The translations under genes and the position numbers were made by a program. A stretch of DNA of 37,673 nt from Flavobacterium sp. (lineage in GTDB: Bacteria; Bacteroidota; Bacteroidia; Flavobacteriales; Flavobacteriaceae), in the NCBI GenBank assembly GCA_032121715.1, contig JAUMDQ010000213.1:1-37673 (forward strand), given 5' to 3'. The notes under the pieces are model-generated. The model was not told where the DNA came from. It saw only the letters and a program-made list of their open reading frames with translations, and made no database searches. Below, in pieces: positions 25,781-35,543 of this stretch (positions are counted from its first letter, which is position 1; every line of letters begins with the position of its first letter).

Positions 25781-25825
25781 TAAAAAATTTGTTCAATAAA
25801 ATATTTCTTCTTGACTATTTTCATT

Positions 25826-26437
25826 TTAATTTCTGATATTAATTACAATCCATTTCGCTAAAGTTCCATCATAAACTAACTCAATTGTTCCTACACCTGA
25901 AGTTGCAGTTGCAGATCCTAAAGTATCAATATTATTTGCAGGTATAGAGGAGCTCATACTGTTAATGGTAAGATTGACAGCTGTGGAATTATAAATTATT
26001 AAATGTCTTCCATCAGTTCCTCCTGTAATTCCAGAAATGGTATAGTTATGAGCTGGACCCATTCTAAAAATAACAATGTCTAAATTCGCTCCACTTAAGT
26101 CAAGATTCACATTGTCAAAATTTTGGTTTGGAGCAGTTGTTGTGATTGGAATGTTTGCAATTCTATACTTTGTTGGAGAACCTGTACCTGAAGCAGTTAG
26201 CTCATTGTCTTTTAACAACAATCCTTCACCAACTTTTATTGAGGTGACATCGCCTTGAGCGCAATTTCCCAGTATATGGTCTGAAGTAGTTGTGTTGTTA
26301 GTATTTGTTACACGTAAGTTTCCCTGTACATGTAAAGTTGCTTGAGGATTAGTAGTTCCAATACCAACTTGTGCATAATTAAATTGTACGATAAGTAATA
26401 GAATGATGCGGGCTGTCAATTTGTATTTTTTTATCAT
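25826..26437 (-). CDS. Hypothetical secreted protein with a QVGIGTTNP motif
   Basis: Signal peptide ending NYA-Q, then VGIGTTNPQATLHVQG; T/N/G-rich, likely beta-rich; no recognisable T9SS type A CTD. Confidence 0.8.
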   Translation of the reverse strand: MIKKYKLTARIILLLIVQFNYAQVGIGTTNPQATLHVQGNLRVTNTNNTTTSDHILGNCAQGDVTSIKVGEGLLLKDNELTASGTGSPTKYRIANIPITTTAPNQNFDNVNLDLSGANLDIVIFRMGPAHNYTISGITGGTDGRHLIIYNSTAVNLTINSMSSSIPANNIDTLGSATATSGVGTIELVYDGTLAKWIVINIRN

Positions 26438-26607
26438 AATCTTTATTTTTTAACATTTATAATATGAAATTAATTATATTTTGTTAAAAAAGTATTAATT
26501 AAACGATACAAAGCGTTTAAAATAGTTAAAAACCAACATTTATTGATAAGATGTAAATAAAAATCGATAAAAAACACACAGCGTATTGTTTTTCAGTATT
26601 TTAACAT

Positions 26608-26637
26608 AAAAAAAACACCCAATTAAAGTTGGGTGTC
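26608..26637 (-). terminator. Terminator after the PQQ dehydrogenase gene
   Basis: Minus strand ACACCCAA-cttta-aTTGGGTGTTTTTTT immediately after the stop. Confidence 0.78.
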
Positions 26638-26642
26638 AAAAA

Positions 26643-29600
26643 TTATTGAATATGTTTTTTAGAAAGAATTTTACCAGAACTCAAAAACACCTTTATTAAC
26701 ATGGTTTGTGTTTGATTCGATAATTTATTTGTTCGAAAAGTATTTAAATTTATGTTTTGAAAATCATATAGTTTTCTTCCTAAAACATCATAAACTACTA
26801 TTTCCTTAATGTTTTCATTCGAAGATGTTATTACTGTTTCATTTGAATCAGAATAAACCAAAAGGGTACTTTCCTCTTCAATTGATAATAAATCATTTTT
26901 ATAAACTAACTGAAATCTATCAACGAAATCACCTATTTGAGAAGTAAAATTATACGGACTTTGTTTTATATCGTGAATCGTAAACGCATAGTTGTCTTTT
27001 AGATATATATTTTGACTTACGAATAAACCATCTGCTTTTTCAAATGAAATGGTATATGTTCCATGTTGATTTATTTTCAAACCTAACGGAACGACATCTG
27101 AGTCTACAAAAGGTAATTCGCGACCTTGAATTACATATTTTTCATTATTAATAAAATTATATAATAACGACTGTGAATCATTCAAAACCAATCCGTCTGA
27201 AATATCAATAGTATTAGATGCACCACTAGTATAACCTAATAAAATTTGATTGTAACTGTTGTTGGCATCGTTTAAATTTAACCAAATCCGATGCTTTTCT
27301 TCTGTTAAAGTGGTTCTAAAAAATTGCGGACTTGCAGAACCAAAACTACGCTGATTATTATTAAAATTTGCTGTTCCACCAATAGCTGTATTAACAAAAA
27401 ACCCTTGTCCGACTTGAATGTAATCTGAAGGCAATTCTCCGCCAGCCGCCGAAGCAACTCCGCCTAAAGTAGTAAAAGCCGCATAATTATTAACAGGATA
27501 AGAACCTGCAACCGCAGCAACTTTATGTGTCCAATAATACAATGTATTTACAATTGAATTATCCGCTAAAAACGTTCTCGCATTTAAAGGTGATGGATAG
27601 GGATTTCCTAATAAATTGTAACCTATACCAAGTGTTTGTGAGACATTCCCATTAAACGGAACACCATTAAACTCTCCGTTAAAAACAGCTGGAATTATAG
27701 GTGACCAATTATTATCTACACGAATCATATAACCTTTTCCTTGTGCAAAATTATTAGTTGGCGTAACTGATTGATAGGCTGTAGCAGTTGTTGAACCTGT
27801 TGAAAGATACTGATAAAATCGAGTTGGTAAAGTATTTGGCGAAAACGCTAATAATTGTTGCGCAATAACTGGTGAAGACCATGCTGTATAATCCTGTAAT
27901 ATTTGAGGTGTAGAATTTCTCTTCACTTTAATATTTCCTGTATTGGCACTGGAATTAATTTGTAGTAAACTCGCGTTGTTTTCAAATGTTAAACTCGCGC
28001 CCGGTGCAACAACAACTGCATTAGCAACTTCCAATGTGTGATTGGTTCTGAAAACTACATTGGCAGTTCCAGTTACGTTGACACGACATGCTTCTACAAT
28101 TCCATCAGATAAATAACCTCCTGTGAAATTGACTTCTTTATTACTTGATGGCTGTCCGTTACTCCAAGAAGTTCCGTTCCAAGTTGTAGATAAATTTCCG
28201 CAAGGTAAAACCAAATCAATTGTATAATCTTCCGCCTCCGAAGGATTTGAAGCATGAATTGCGCCACAAAATACAGTTGGAGTTCCTGTTTGCATACATT
28301 CCACTCGCATTCTAGTTGTACCAATAGTTATTGTGTTTGGAACTGTAAAATTTAAGACACAAGTTGTAGCAATTGCTGTTATTAAAGAGGAAGTAAACGC
28401 AACTCTTTCGCCAGAATCTGAAAAATCACCATCTCTATTATAATCTATCCAAACGGAAAAACCACAAGTTCTTGCTGCAGTTCCTATAGATGGCTTTGTA
28501 AAAGTAAGGGTATACGAAGTTCCTGCGGAAAGAGTCGTGGATAACGTTGCCGTGTAATCAGTATACGAATTATTTCCAGATGGATTATTAATTGTATTTA
28601 ACTGAACATTAGAAATATAATTATGTCCTGCAGAAACAATCCCACTCACTGTACAATAAGAATTAGAAGGTGTTGTAAAATTTACAAGAGTTGAATACAA
28701 AGAAACATTTTCCAAACACACTCTTCTAATTTGTGTTTCATAATTGGTACCTGATAACAAATCTGTAATAACAATAGTATTAGAAAGACTTGTAACATGT
28801 GTCCAATTTAAGGACCCAATTACTCTGTATCTAATTTCTACCGTTGCTAAATTAGGATTGTTCCATTGTAAAATTGCGGTAGTATTCGTTACGCTTGGAA
28901 CTGCCAATCCTGTTGGAACAATAAAAGCTGGATTATTATTAACGGTAACTGTCGCCGAACAACAACTTTCTCCACCTTGATTGTCTACCACTGTTAAATA
29001 AACGGTTTGTGGCGTGCCAACATGAGTACAATTAAACGTGCTTTTATCTAATGTGTACGAAACAATTGTACCGTCATCAGTTGAATTATTATTGACTTGA
29101 CTTGCTAAAATCGTCACCGAACCATTTACATCTAAAACCGCATTTACATTTTGACAATTTGCTATTGGTGGACTTGCAACTGTTGGACCCGTATATTGAA
29201 TTTTCACAATAACTCCCGGATTTACAATAGTTACTGCTGTTGAACCAGAAGGCCCGGAAGTACTCCCAGAATTATCTGTTATCGCATAAAAAGTAACCCC
29301 ATCTGGATCAAGAGCCACATCTCGGTATCTATCATTTGAAGAGTGAAAAATTTCGTACGTATCTCCAACAATTGAATTGCCATCTGGAGCTAATTTTGCT
29401 CGATAAATCGTTCCTTTTTTTAAAGTTGGAATTAACAGCGATTTTCCCCAATTTGGAATTTTATTTAATTCATAAATATCAATACTTGCAGGTGCTACAG
29501 TAGGCCAAGTTAGAAAACCACCTAAAGGATTGGTACTTGTTGTACTATTATAGGTTCCAATTGGAGGCATAAAGTTAGCTGGAGTTCCATTAGGATACGA

Positions 29601-30551
29601 CTGATACTCGGTAATTGGTGTTACACCTGCCGCACAACCATTATCTGAAAAAGCGCCCGAATCACAAACGGCTGCAGAAGACCAATTGCAATAGGCATAA
29701 GCCATATTATCATAATACCCTGCTAATTGTGGCCAACCGTAATTTCTTGCTGGAATAATTTTATTTAATTCATCATCTACTTTAGCGCCGTGTTCTGAAG
29801 AAAACAAAGTTCCGTCTTGTGCAAAAACTAAACCTTGAGGATTTCTATGACCGTAAGTATACACATGACTTTTAATTCCAGCTAAAGTTGGATTGTCTGT
29901 TGGGATTGTTCCGTCAGTATTTATTCTTAAAATTTTACCTGGATAATTGGCATAATCAGAAGTAGATGTCGGTAAATTTTGAGCTAAAATTGGCAAACAA
30001 GCATTGGCAAATTGATTACTTCCTTGATCACCAAAAGTGTAATATAGTTTTACATCGGGTCCAAAAATTAATCTTCCAGAATTATGGTCGTTACTCGCAG
30101 GCATTCCTTGCAAAAGCGTTAATTCACTTCCTAATGTTTTAGTCGCATTGTTAAATGTAAATCGGGAAATTCTTAATTTTCTTCCGCTACTATTATAGGT
30201 ATAAGCAATAAAAACATAATTGTTAGTGGTTGTTGCAATATTGGAATAAAGCGCTGGATGAATGGCAAAACCTAAAAGTCCGTCTTGACCTGCGGTTTGA
30301 TATACTTGTGCAGACAAATCTATCATGGTTGAAATCGCGCCAGTTGTTTTATTTACTCGAACCATTTTCTTTCCTACTCTTTCAGTAATCCATAAGAAAC
30401 CATCTGGTCCATAGGTGATTTCCGTTGGGAAATTTAAAGCATTGTTTGGAGTTAAATTAGTGACCGACCAATTTGGACCACTTGTAACTGGAGTTTGAGC
30501 ATAATTGTAACTAGTGACAAACACGAACAAAAAGAAGTAGATTTTTTTCAT
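26643..30551 (-). CDS. T9SS cargo: soluble PQQ glucose/sorbosone dehydrogenase domain plus Ig-like, Fn3 and GEVED-like domains and a type A CTD
   Basis: Signal peptide; GQDGLLGFAIHP, NDHNSGRL, GDQG, GHRNPQG, NYGWP, WPTVAP, RYRDV; WIDYNRDGDF...EAEDY; C-terminal VYDVLGRKL...KKHIQ. Confidence 0.9.
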   Translation of the reverse strand: MKKIYFFLFVFVTSYNYAQTPVTSGPNWSVTNLTPNNALNFPTEITYGPDGFLWITERVGKKMVRVNKTTGAISTMIDLSAQVYQTAGQDGLLGFAIHPALYSNIATTTNNYVFIAYTYNSSGRKLRISRFTFNNATKTLGSELTLLQGMPASNDHNSGRLIFGPDVKLYYTFGDQGSNQFANACLPILAQNLPTSTSDYANYPGKILRINTDGTIPTDNPTLAGIKSHVYTYGHRNPQGLVFAQDGTLFSSEHGAKVDDELNKIIPARNYGWPQLAGYYDNMAYAYCNWSSAAVCDSGAFSDNGCAAGVTPITEYQSYPNGTPANFMPPIGTYNSTTSTNPLGGFLTWPTVAPASIDIYELNKIPNWGKSLLIPTLKKGTIYRAKLAPDGNSIVGDTYEIFHSSNDRYRDVALDPDGVTFYAITDNSGSTSGPSGSTAVTIVNPGVIVKIQYTGPTVASPPIANCQNVNAVLDVNGSVTILASQVNNNSTDDGTIVSYTLDKSTFNCTHVGTPQTVYLTVVDNQGGESCCSATVTVNNNPAFIVPTGLAVPSVTNTTAILQWNNPNLATVEIRYRVIGSLNWTHVTSLSNTIVITDLLSGTNYETQIRRVCLENVSLYSTLVNFTTPSNSYCTVSGIVSAGHNYISNVQLNTINNPSGNNSYTDYTATLSTTLSAGTSYTLTFTKPSIGTAARTCGFSVWIDYNRDGDFSDSGERVAFTSSLITAIATTCVLNFTVPNTITIGTTRMRVECMQTGTPTVFCGAIHASNPSEAEDYTIDLVLPCGNLSTTWNGTSWSNGQPSSNKEVNFTGGYLSDGIVEACRVNVTGTANVVFRTNHTLEVANAVVVAPGASLTFENNASLLQINSSANTGNIKVKRNSTPQILQDYTAWSSPVIAQQLLAFSPNTLPTRFYQYLSTGSTTATAYQSVTPTNNFAQGKGYMIRVDNNWSPIIPAVFNGEFNGVPFNGNVSQTLGIGYNLLGNPYPSPLNARTFLADNSIVNTLYYWTHKVAAVAGSYPVNNYAAFTTLGGVASAAGGELPSDYIQVGQGFFVNTAIGGTANFNNNQRSFGSASPQFFRTTLTEEKHRIWLNLNDANNSYNQILLGYTSGASNTIDISDGLVLNDSQSLLYNFINNEKYVIQGRELPFVDSDVVPLGLKINQHGTYTISFEKADGLFVSQNIYLKDNYAFTIHDIKQSPYNFTSQIGDFVDRFQLVYKNDLLSIEEESTLLVYSDSNETVITSSNENIKEIVVYDVLGRKLYDFQNINLNTFRTNKLSNQTQTMLIKVFLSSGKILSKKHIQ

Positions 30552-30768
30552 AAGCTAAGTAAATTGTTTATTAGTATGAAGAAAAGTGGGGGTTTTTAAA
30601 CAAAAAAAATCATTGTTTAAACTTTGAAATAAAGTTACTTCTTTTTTTTAATTTATCAATAAAAAATTAGTTTGTTTAAGTTTATTTCACAAAAAAACAT
30701 ATAAATATGATTTTTATTTAAACTTTATGGGTTTTTTTTAGAAATATGATTTTGTTATTACGAAGTAT

Positions 30769-31482
30769 TTAGCTGAAAATTTCTTTTAAAACTTCTAAAG
30801 AATTTGGTTTTTTAAAACCCTGTAAATGAATGGAATAGTATTCTAAAATGATTTTTAGCAACACTTGTCTTTCTTCTTTGTGGAAGTTTTTTTGGGTGTC
30901 TTCAAATCTTAATTGAATCAATTTTTTTAAAAGTTGGGTTTCGTGTTCGTTTAAACAACTAGTGCCTTGAAATGGCGAAAAAACGCCATCAATCATTTCA
31001 AAATAAGCCGCTTCTGTTTCTTGCATTTGAGGATAGAAACCTAAAAACTTCGTGAGTTGTAATAGAAAAATAAGGTGAAAGTTAGAAATAGTATCATGTG
31101 TATCTAACCACATCAAAGAAGTTTCTATGTAAGCGAAAAGATCCTCGTTTTTCTCTTCTTCAAAAATACTATTGTGTAAGACTTCCGACAAAAAAAGAAC
31201 CATGGAGCTTTTTACAATATCTGTATGAATATTTTGATAGGTATAGGCGAGTTTAACTTCTTTAAAATGCTCTAACGTGCCTTTATTTTTATGATTGGCT
31301 TCTATTTCTAGAATATTCAAAGGCTGAAAATAAGCGATTTTTTGATTGGATTTTTTAGAAGAAAAAGCACTTGGAATAAAATACGATTTCAACCCATCAG
31401 ATTGGGTAAAGCATTTTACAATTAAACTTTTTTCTTGGAATTTAATAGCACTTAAAACAATCGCTTGGGTTTTAATTTGCAT
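30769..31482 (-). CDS. recO: DNA repair protein RecO
   Basis: KTQAIVL...EKSLIV OB-fold start, FQPL, LTKFLGFYP, SLEVLKEIF; TAATG coupling with porZ. Confidence 0.93.
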   Translation of the reverse strand: MQIKTQAIVLSAIKFQEKSLIVKCFTQSDGLKSYFIPSAFSSKKSNQKIAYFQPLNILEIEANHKNKGTLEHFKEVKLAYTYQNIHTDIVKSSMVLFLSEVLHNSIFEEEKNEDLFAYIETSLMWLDTHDTISNFHLIFLLQLTKFLGFYPQMQETEAAYFEMIDGVFSPFQGTSCLNEHETQLLKKLIQLRFEDTQKNFHKEERQVLLKIILEYYSIHLQGFKKPNSLEVLKEIFS

Positions 31483-33743
31483 TATCTAACCACCATTATT
31501 TTTTTCACCGTAGTTTCTGCAGCGTCATCTGAAGAGACAAAAACCATATAAACTCCTGAAGCCACTTTATATTTCCCAAAAGCTGTAGTGTCCCATTCTA
31601 CAGTTCCACCAGAAGAAGTGGTTTCAAAAACTAAATTTCCTTCAATGTCTGTAATTTTAAGATTGACTTTATCCATCAATCCAGAAATTTTTACGGTTCC
31701 CGAATATCCTGGTCGCACTGGATTTGGATAAGCATACACATTCTCTAAATTATCATCTCCTTTTGTAGAAGTCCCTAAAAAAGAAACCAAACCTTTATCT
31801 GTAGCGAAAAACACTTCACCAGTAACCTCATCAATATCAATATCAAACACATTATTACTTGGCAATGGTGAGTTTTCTTTCGTAAATCTTCGCAAAGTGG
31901 TTTGCCCGTTTGGACTCACTTGAAACACACCGGCATCAGCTATAGAAACCCATTTATTGTTGGAACCATCGACTTTAATATCTTGAATTACTTGTTGATA
32001 AAACAACTCTTGAGCCAAATCACCTTCTTGAATGACAATATTAGTCGTTGTAAGTTCGCTTTCCGAAACAAATCTATCTATACTATTTAAAATTCGTAAG
32101 CCTTTAAATGTGCCAATCCACAATTGATTTCTGTTATCAACCGCTACACAACGCACATCGTTACTTGGTAAATTACCGTTTTCTTCATTCACAACTATAA
32201 ACTTGTTGCTGTAATTTTCATTAAAACCATAAAAACCATTTGAGAAGGTTGCTACCCATTTTGTTCCGTTTTTATCGATATCTAAATTTCCATATCGTTC
32301 GTTCGTAGTATTTTGTAAAACCGTACTTAAATTATAAGATTGCCAAGTGTTGTTGCTTTTTAAAACTTTTAATCCATTGTTTACAAAAGCATTTGTTACC
32401 CACAACCCACCATCTTTATCATGTTTTAGACCATTAATTCTTACAGAAATATAACCTGGAAACCCACCAACCGACTCTAAATTATTTGTTTCGTCGTAAA
32501 TTTGTAAATCTGTTTTATTGGTAAATCTTAAAAGTCCATCATGACCCGAACACACAAAAACATCAGCAGCATTTCTTGGGTTTTCTGTAATGGCACCTAA
32601 AGAAACGGCACCAAACAAATCTGAAGATGGGATTTTAGTCCAACCTGAATTCTTATTAAAAATACTAATGCCTTGAAGTTTCATGTCTGGATTATACGTT
32701 CTGTCGTAACTTCCATGTGTTAGCCATAAATCGTTAGTTGTTTTTTTGACTTTAAACGCATAATCTTCAATAGGTCCGTTTGGCGAAATGTTTGTAAAAA
32801 CGGTAGGATTTATTACTGTAGTTTCAAAAAAACCGTTTTTTTTCGTACCGATATATAATTTATCATTTTTAGTAATGGCACAAGTAAAAGTATCTGGATA
32901 ATCTGGAATTTGATACACAATGCTAACCAAAGATAAGCTTTGATTGTACACCAAAATTTGCGACTGGTGGCTAATAGTTAAATAAACCGAATCTGTTCTT
33001 AATTTTAATCCCGAAGCCACTTGATTGGAAAATATTTGAGGTACACTTCCTACAAATTTATAGGTGTACCCATCTGTATTCATAGCTACTAATTGATTGT
33101 TGAATGTAGCTATACTTAACCAAAAACTACTATTAAAAACCGACCATTGTGAAAAATCATATAAAAAAGGGTTCGTTAAAAGCGCCTTTTTAATGCCTTG
33201 AGTTCGAGTTACGGCAAAAATTTCGCCATTATGAACAGTTGTTTGTAAAACATCTAAAAACTCACCAGAAGTTCCAATATAAAAATTACTTTCTATCTCG
33301 AAATTTGATAATTTGATAACGGTAATTCCGTATTGTGTAGACACGTACACTTTTCCATCGTATTCATAAAAATCATTAATTTTTTTACTATTTGCTGGAA
33401 CTGGAACATCAGTAATAATATCTACTTTATTTAAAGTACTTCCGTCTGGTTTGATCAGAATAATTAAACCGTTTTTATTTCCAACTAACGTATAATTGTT
33501 TGATGTTTGAATAATGGCTGTAACTTCATCGGGTTTGACATCATTTACGGAAGTGAAAGTGGTCAATATATTTGTAGAAATGTCTTTGTTGAAAACAGCA
33601 TTTTTGGTACTAGAATGTACTTTACTCTCGGAAATACAAACATCTGTAATTTCATTAAACGAAAAATACCCTTTCCATAATTTCTGTTGTGAAAAAGAAA
33701 ATAGCGTGAAGCTTAAAAACAAAAACGGAAATATTTTTCTCAT
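31482..33743 (-). CDS. porZ: T9SS accessory protein PorZ
   Basis: Signal peptide, WKGYFSF start, beta-propeller repeats (LPSNDVRCVAVD, NSPLPSNNVFDI), CTD VYAYPNPVRP...ASGVYMV; adjacent to recO. Confidence 0.85.
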   Translation of the reverse strand: MRKIFPFLFLSFTLFSFSQQKLWKGYFSFNEITDVCISESKVHSSTKNAVFNKDISTNILTTFTSVNDVKPDEVTAIIQTSNNYTLVGNKNGLIILIKPDGSTLNKVDIITDVPVPANSKKINDFYEYDGKVYVSTQYGITVIKLSNFEIESNFYIGTSGEFLDVLQTTVHNGEIFAVTRTQGIKKALLTNPFLYDFSQWSVFNSSFWLSIATFNNQLVAMNTDGYTYKFVGSVPQIFSNQVASGLKLRTDSVYLTISHQSQILVYNQSLSLVSIVYQIPDYPDTFTCAITKNDKLYIGTKKNGFFETTVINPTVFTNISPNGPIEDYAFKVKKTTNDLWLTHGSYDRTYNPDMKLQGISIFNKNSGWTKIPSSDLFGAVSLGAITENPRNAADVFVCSGHDGLLRFTNKTDLQIYDETNNLESVGGFPGYISVRINGLKHDKDGGLWVTNAFVNNGLKVLKSNNTWQSYNLSTVLQNTTNERYGNLDIDKNGTKWVATFSNGFYGFNENYSNKFIVVNEENGNLPSNDVRCVAVDNRNQLWIGTFKGLRILNSIDRFVSESELTTTNIVIQEGDLAQELFYQQVIQDIKVDGSNNKWVSIADAGVFQVSPNGQTTLRRFTKENSPLPSNNVFDIDIDEVTGEVFFATDKGLVSFLGTSTKGDDNLENVYAYPNPVRPGYSGTVKISGLMDKVNLKITDIEGNLVFETTSSGGTVEWDTTAFGKYKVASGVYMVFVSSDDAAETTVKKIMVVR

Positions 33744-33765
33744 AAATTAAAAATCTTTGGAACTA

Positions 33766-33773
33766 CAAATATA
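33766..33773 (-). promoter_or_regulatory. -7 element (TATATTTG) for porZ-recO
   Basis: TAnnTTTG 22 nt upstream of the porZ ATG. Confidence 0.6.
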
Positions 33774-33805
33774 CAATAAACGTAAATATCTGAATTTTAT
33801 TGAGT

Positions 33806-35542
33806 TTATACACCAATAACTTTGACTAATTGTTGTAATTTTTCAAAATCCAATTGCATATTAGCGTCGGTTGTTGGCATGTATCTTGCTTTTTCACAGT
33901 TTTGTAGCAAAACTATGAAATCATTTGTGTTTTCTTGAGAAATATTGTTTTCTTGAAACTTTTGTATGATATTTTCTTTGTTGAAATCGGCTTTTTCTAA
34001 TGAAAATTTATGTTCTAAAAACTCCGCAATTTTCACTTCCATCTTCTGGTAAAACAATTCTTTATTTGCAATAAAATCCTGAATTTCGTTTACCGAAAAC
34101 TCCTTTTTGATAGGTATTACTTTGGTTACCACTTCTTCTTCAATAGGTTTTTTATTTCTTTTTAAAGCAAAAAACAACAACGCTAATCCAGTTAAGGAAA
34201 CTGCGCCGATAAAATGCATAAATGTAAATTCAAAACTAGACTTAGCTTGCTCCTTCTTTCCGTTAACAACAGATTTTGCTTTTGAAACAGCAGTCACACT
34301 GGGTTGATTTTCGCCTTGTAAAACATTCAAATCAATGGCATCAGAAGAAATCGTTTTATAGGTTCTCGATTGCACATCGAAAAAAGAAAACAGTTGCGGT
34401 TTTAATTTGAAATTTCCTTTTTCTTGAGGAATAACGGTATAACTATCCATAATTTTTCCAGAAATTCCTTTCATGTTTTCACTGATAAATTCTTGATGTT
34501 TCGGTTCGAAAATTTCAAAATTAGATGGTAAACTAGGTTTCGGGATTTCGAATAATTTTAAATTTCCAGTTCCAGAAACAATCAAATCTAATTGTAACGA
34601 TTCTCCAGATTTTAATTCGCTTTTTTGAACGTTAACATCAAATTCAAATTTCCCAACAGCACCTGTAAAGTTCTCCGGTTTTCCTTTTTCAGGTAACGGA
34701 TTTACTTGAATATATTTGGTATTAGAAACAACTTCTCTTCTCGCAACGTTATATTCAGGTTCACCAAAAAAATCAAAATCACCCGTTGGATAATTGATAT
34801 TTAAATCTAGAATAATAGGTGTAATTTCAAGTTTTCCCGTTTTTTGTGGATACAAAATTGCTTTCTTGAAAATTTTCGATTTGTATACACGATTATTTAC
34901 CACAGAACGTTCCCAACCACCTTGCACATCCTCGGTTTGACTCCAAAAATTATTGAATTTTGTCGCAATTTTTTTATTCAATTCCACATCCAAATTTGGC
35001 GCTAAATAAATGCGATAATATACCTCAACAGGTTCATTTACAAATGCCGAAGTTTTGTTCACTTCTACATCTACAAACAGTAAATTATTCGCACCGGCAA
35101 TGGTTTTATTGTTAGCATTTGGTTTAGGTGTAGTTACAACTGGATTTTGATTTCTCTGAATCGCATCTGAAGCTTTATCTTTTGAAACGGAAACCATAAC
35201 AGGTTTAGAAGCATATACTTTTCCATCAAACCTAATATTTGCAGGTGAAATAGTGACTTTTCCAGCTTTAGCCGCTTGAATGACAAATGTATAAACTTGC
35301 TGAATCGAATACACGCCATTATCATAAACTTCGTTAGACGAAACATACGAACCTCCTTTGTTAAAGCCTGCAAAACTTGGTGGTACGAAGTTTTTTCCTT
35401 CTTCATTAAAAACATAATTAACCTGAGTAACTTCCCCTAATTTTAGGTTCGTTTTCTCTATTTTCACTTCTAATTTAACTTGACTTAAAGCTAAAAATGG
35501 AAGCAAAATAAAAGTTAATACTATTTTAATTATCAAATTCAT
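33806..35542 (-). CDS. batD: BatD family protein
   Basis: Signal peptide, repeated Ig-like BatD domains (LYPQKTGKL, FTGAVGKF, SGTGNLK), late TM segment, CEKARYMP tail; bat operon position. Confidence 0.88.
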   Translation of the reverse strand: MNLIIKIVLTFILLPFLALSQVKLEVKIEKTNLKLGEVTQVNYVFNEEGKNFVPPSFAGFNKGGSYVSSNEVYDNGVYSIQQVYTFVIQAAKAGKVTISPANIRFDGKVYASKPVMVSVSKDKASDAIQRNQNPVVTTPKPNANNKTIAGANNLLFVDVEVNKTSAFVNEPVEVYYRIYLAPNLDVELNKKIATKFNNFWSQTEDVQGGWERSVVNNRVYKSKIFKKAILYPQKTGKLEITPIILDLNINYPTGDFDFFGEPEYNVARREVVSNTKYIQVNPLPEKGKPENFTGAVGKFEFDVNVQKSELKSGESLQLDLIVSGTGNLKLFEIPKPSLPSNFEIFEPKHQEFISENMKGISGKIMDSYTVIPQEKGNFKLKPQLFSFFDVQSRTYKTISSDAIDLNVLQGENQPSVTAVSKAKSVVNGKKEQAKSSFEFTFMHFIGAVSLTGLALLFFALKRNKKPIEEEVVTKVIPIKKEFSVNEIQDFIANKELFYQKMEVKIAEFLEHKFSLEKADFNKENIIQKFQENNISQENTNDFIVLLQNCEKARYMPTTDANMQLDFEKLQQLVKVIGV

Positions 35543-35543
35543 T

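Noticed and set aside
25744-30760. recO-ileS segment considered as a mobile element
   Set aside because: No transposase, integrase, terminal repeats or target duplication is visible; it may be accessory but mobility is unsupported.
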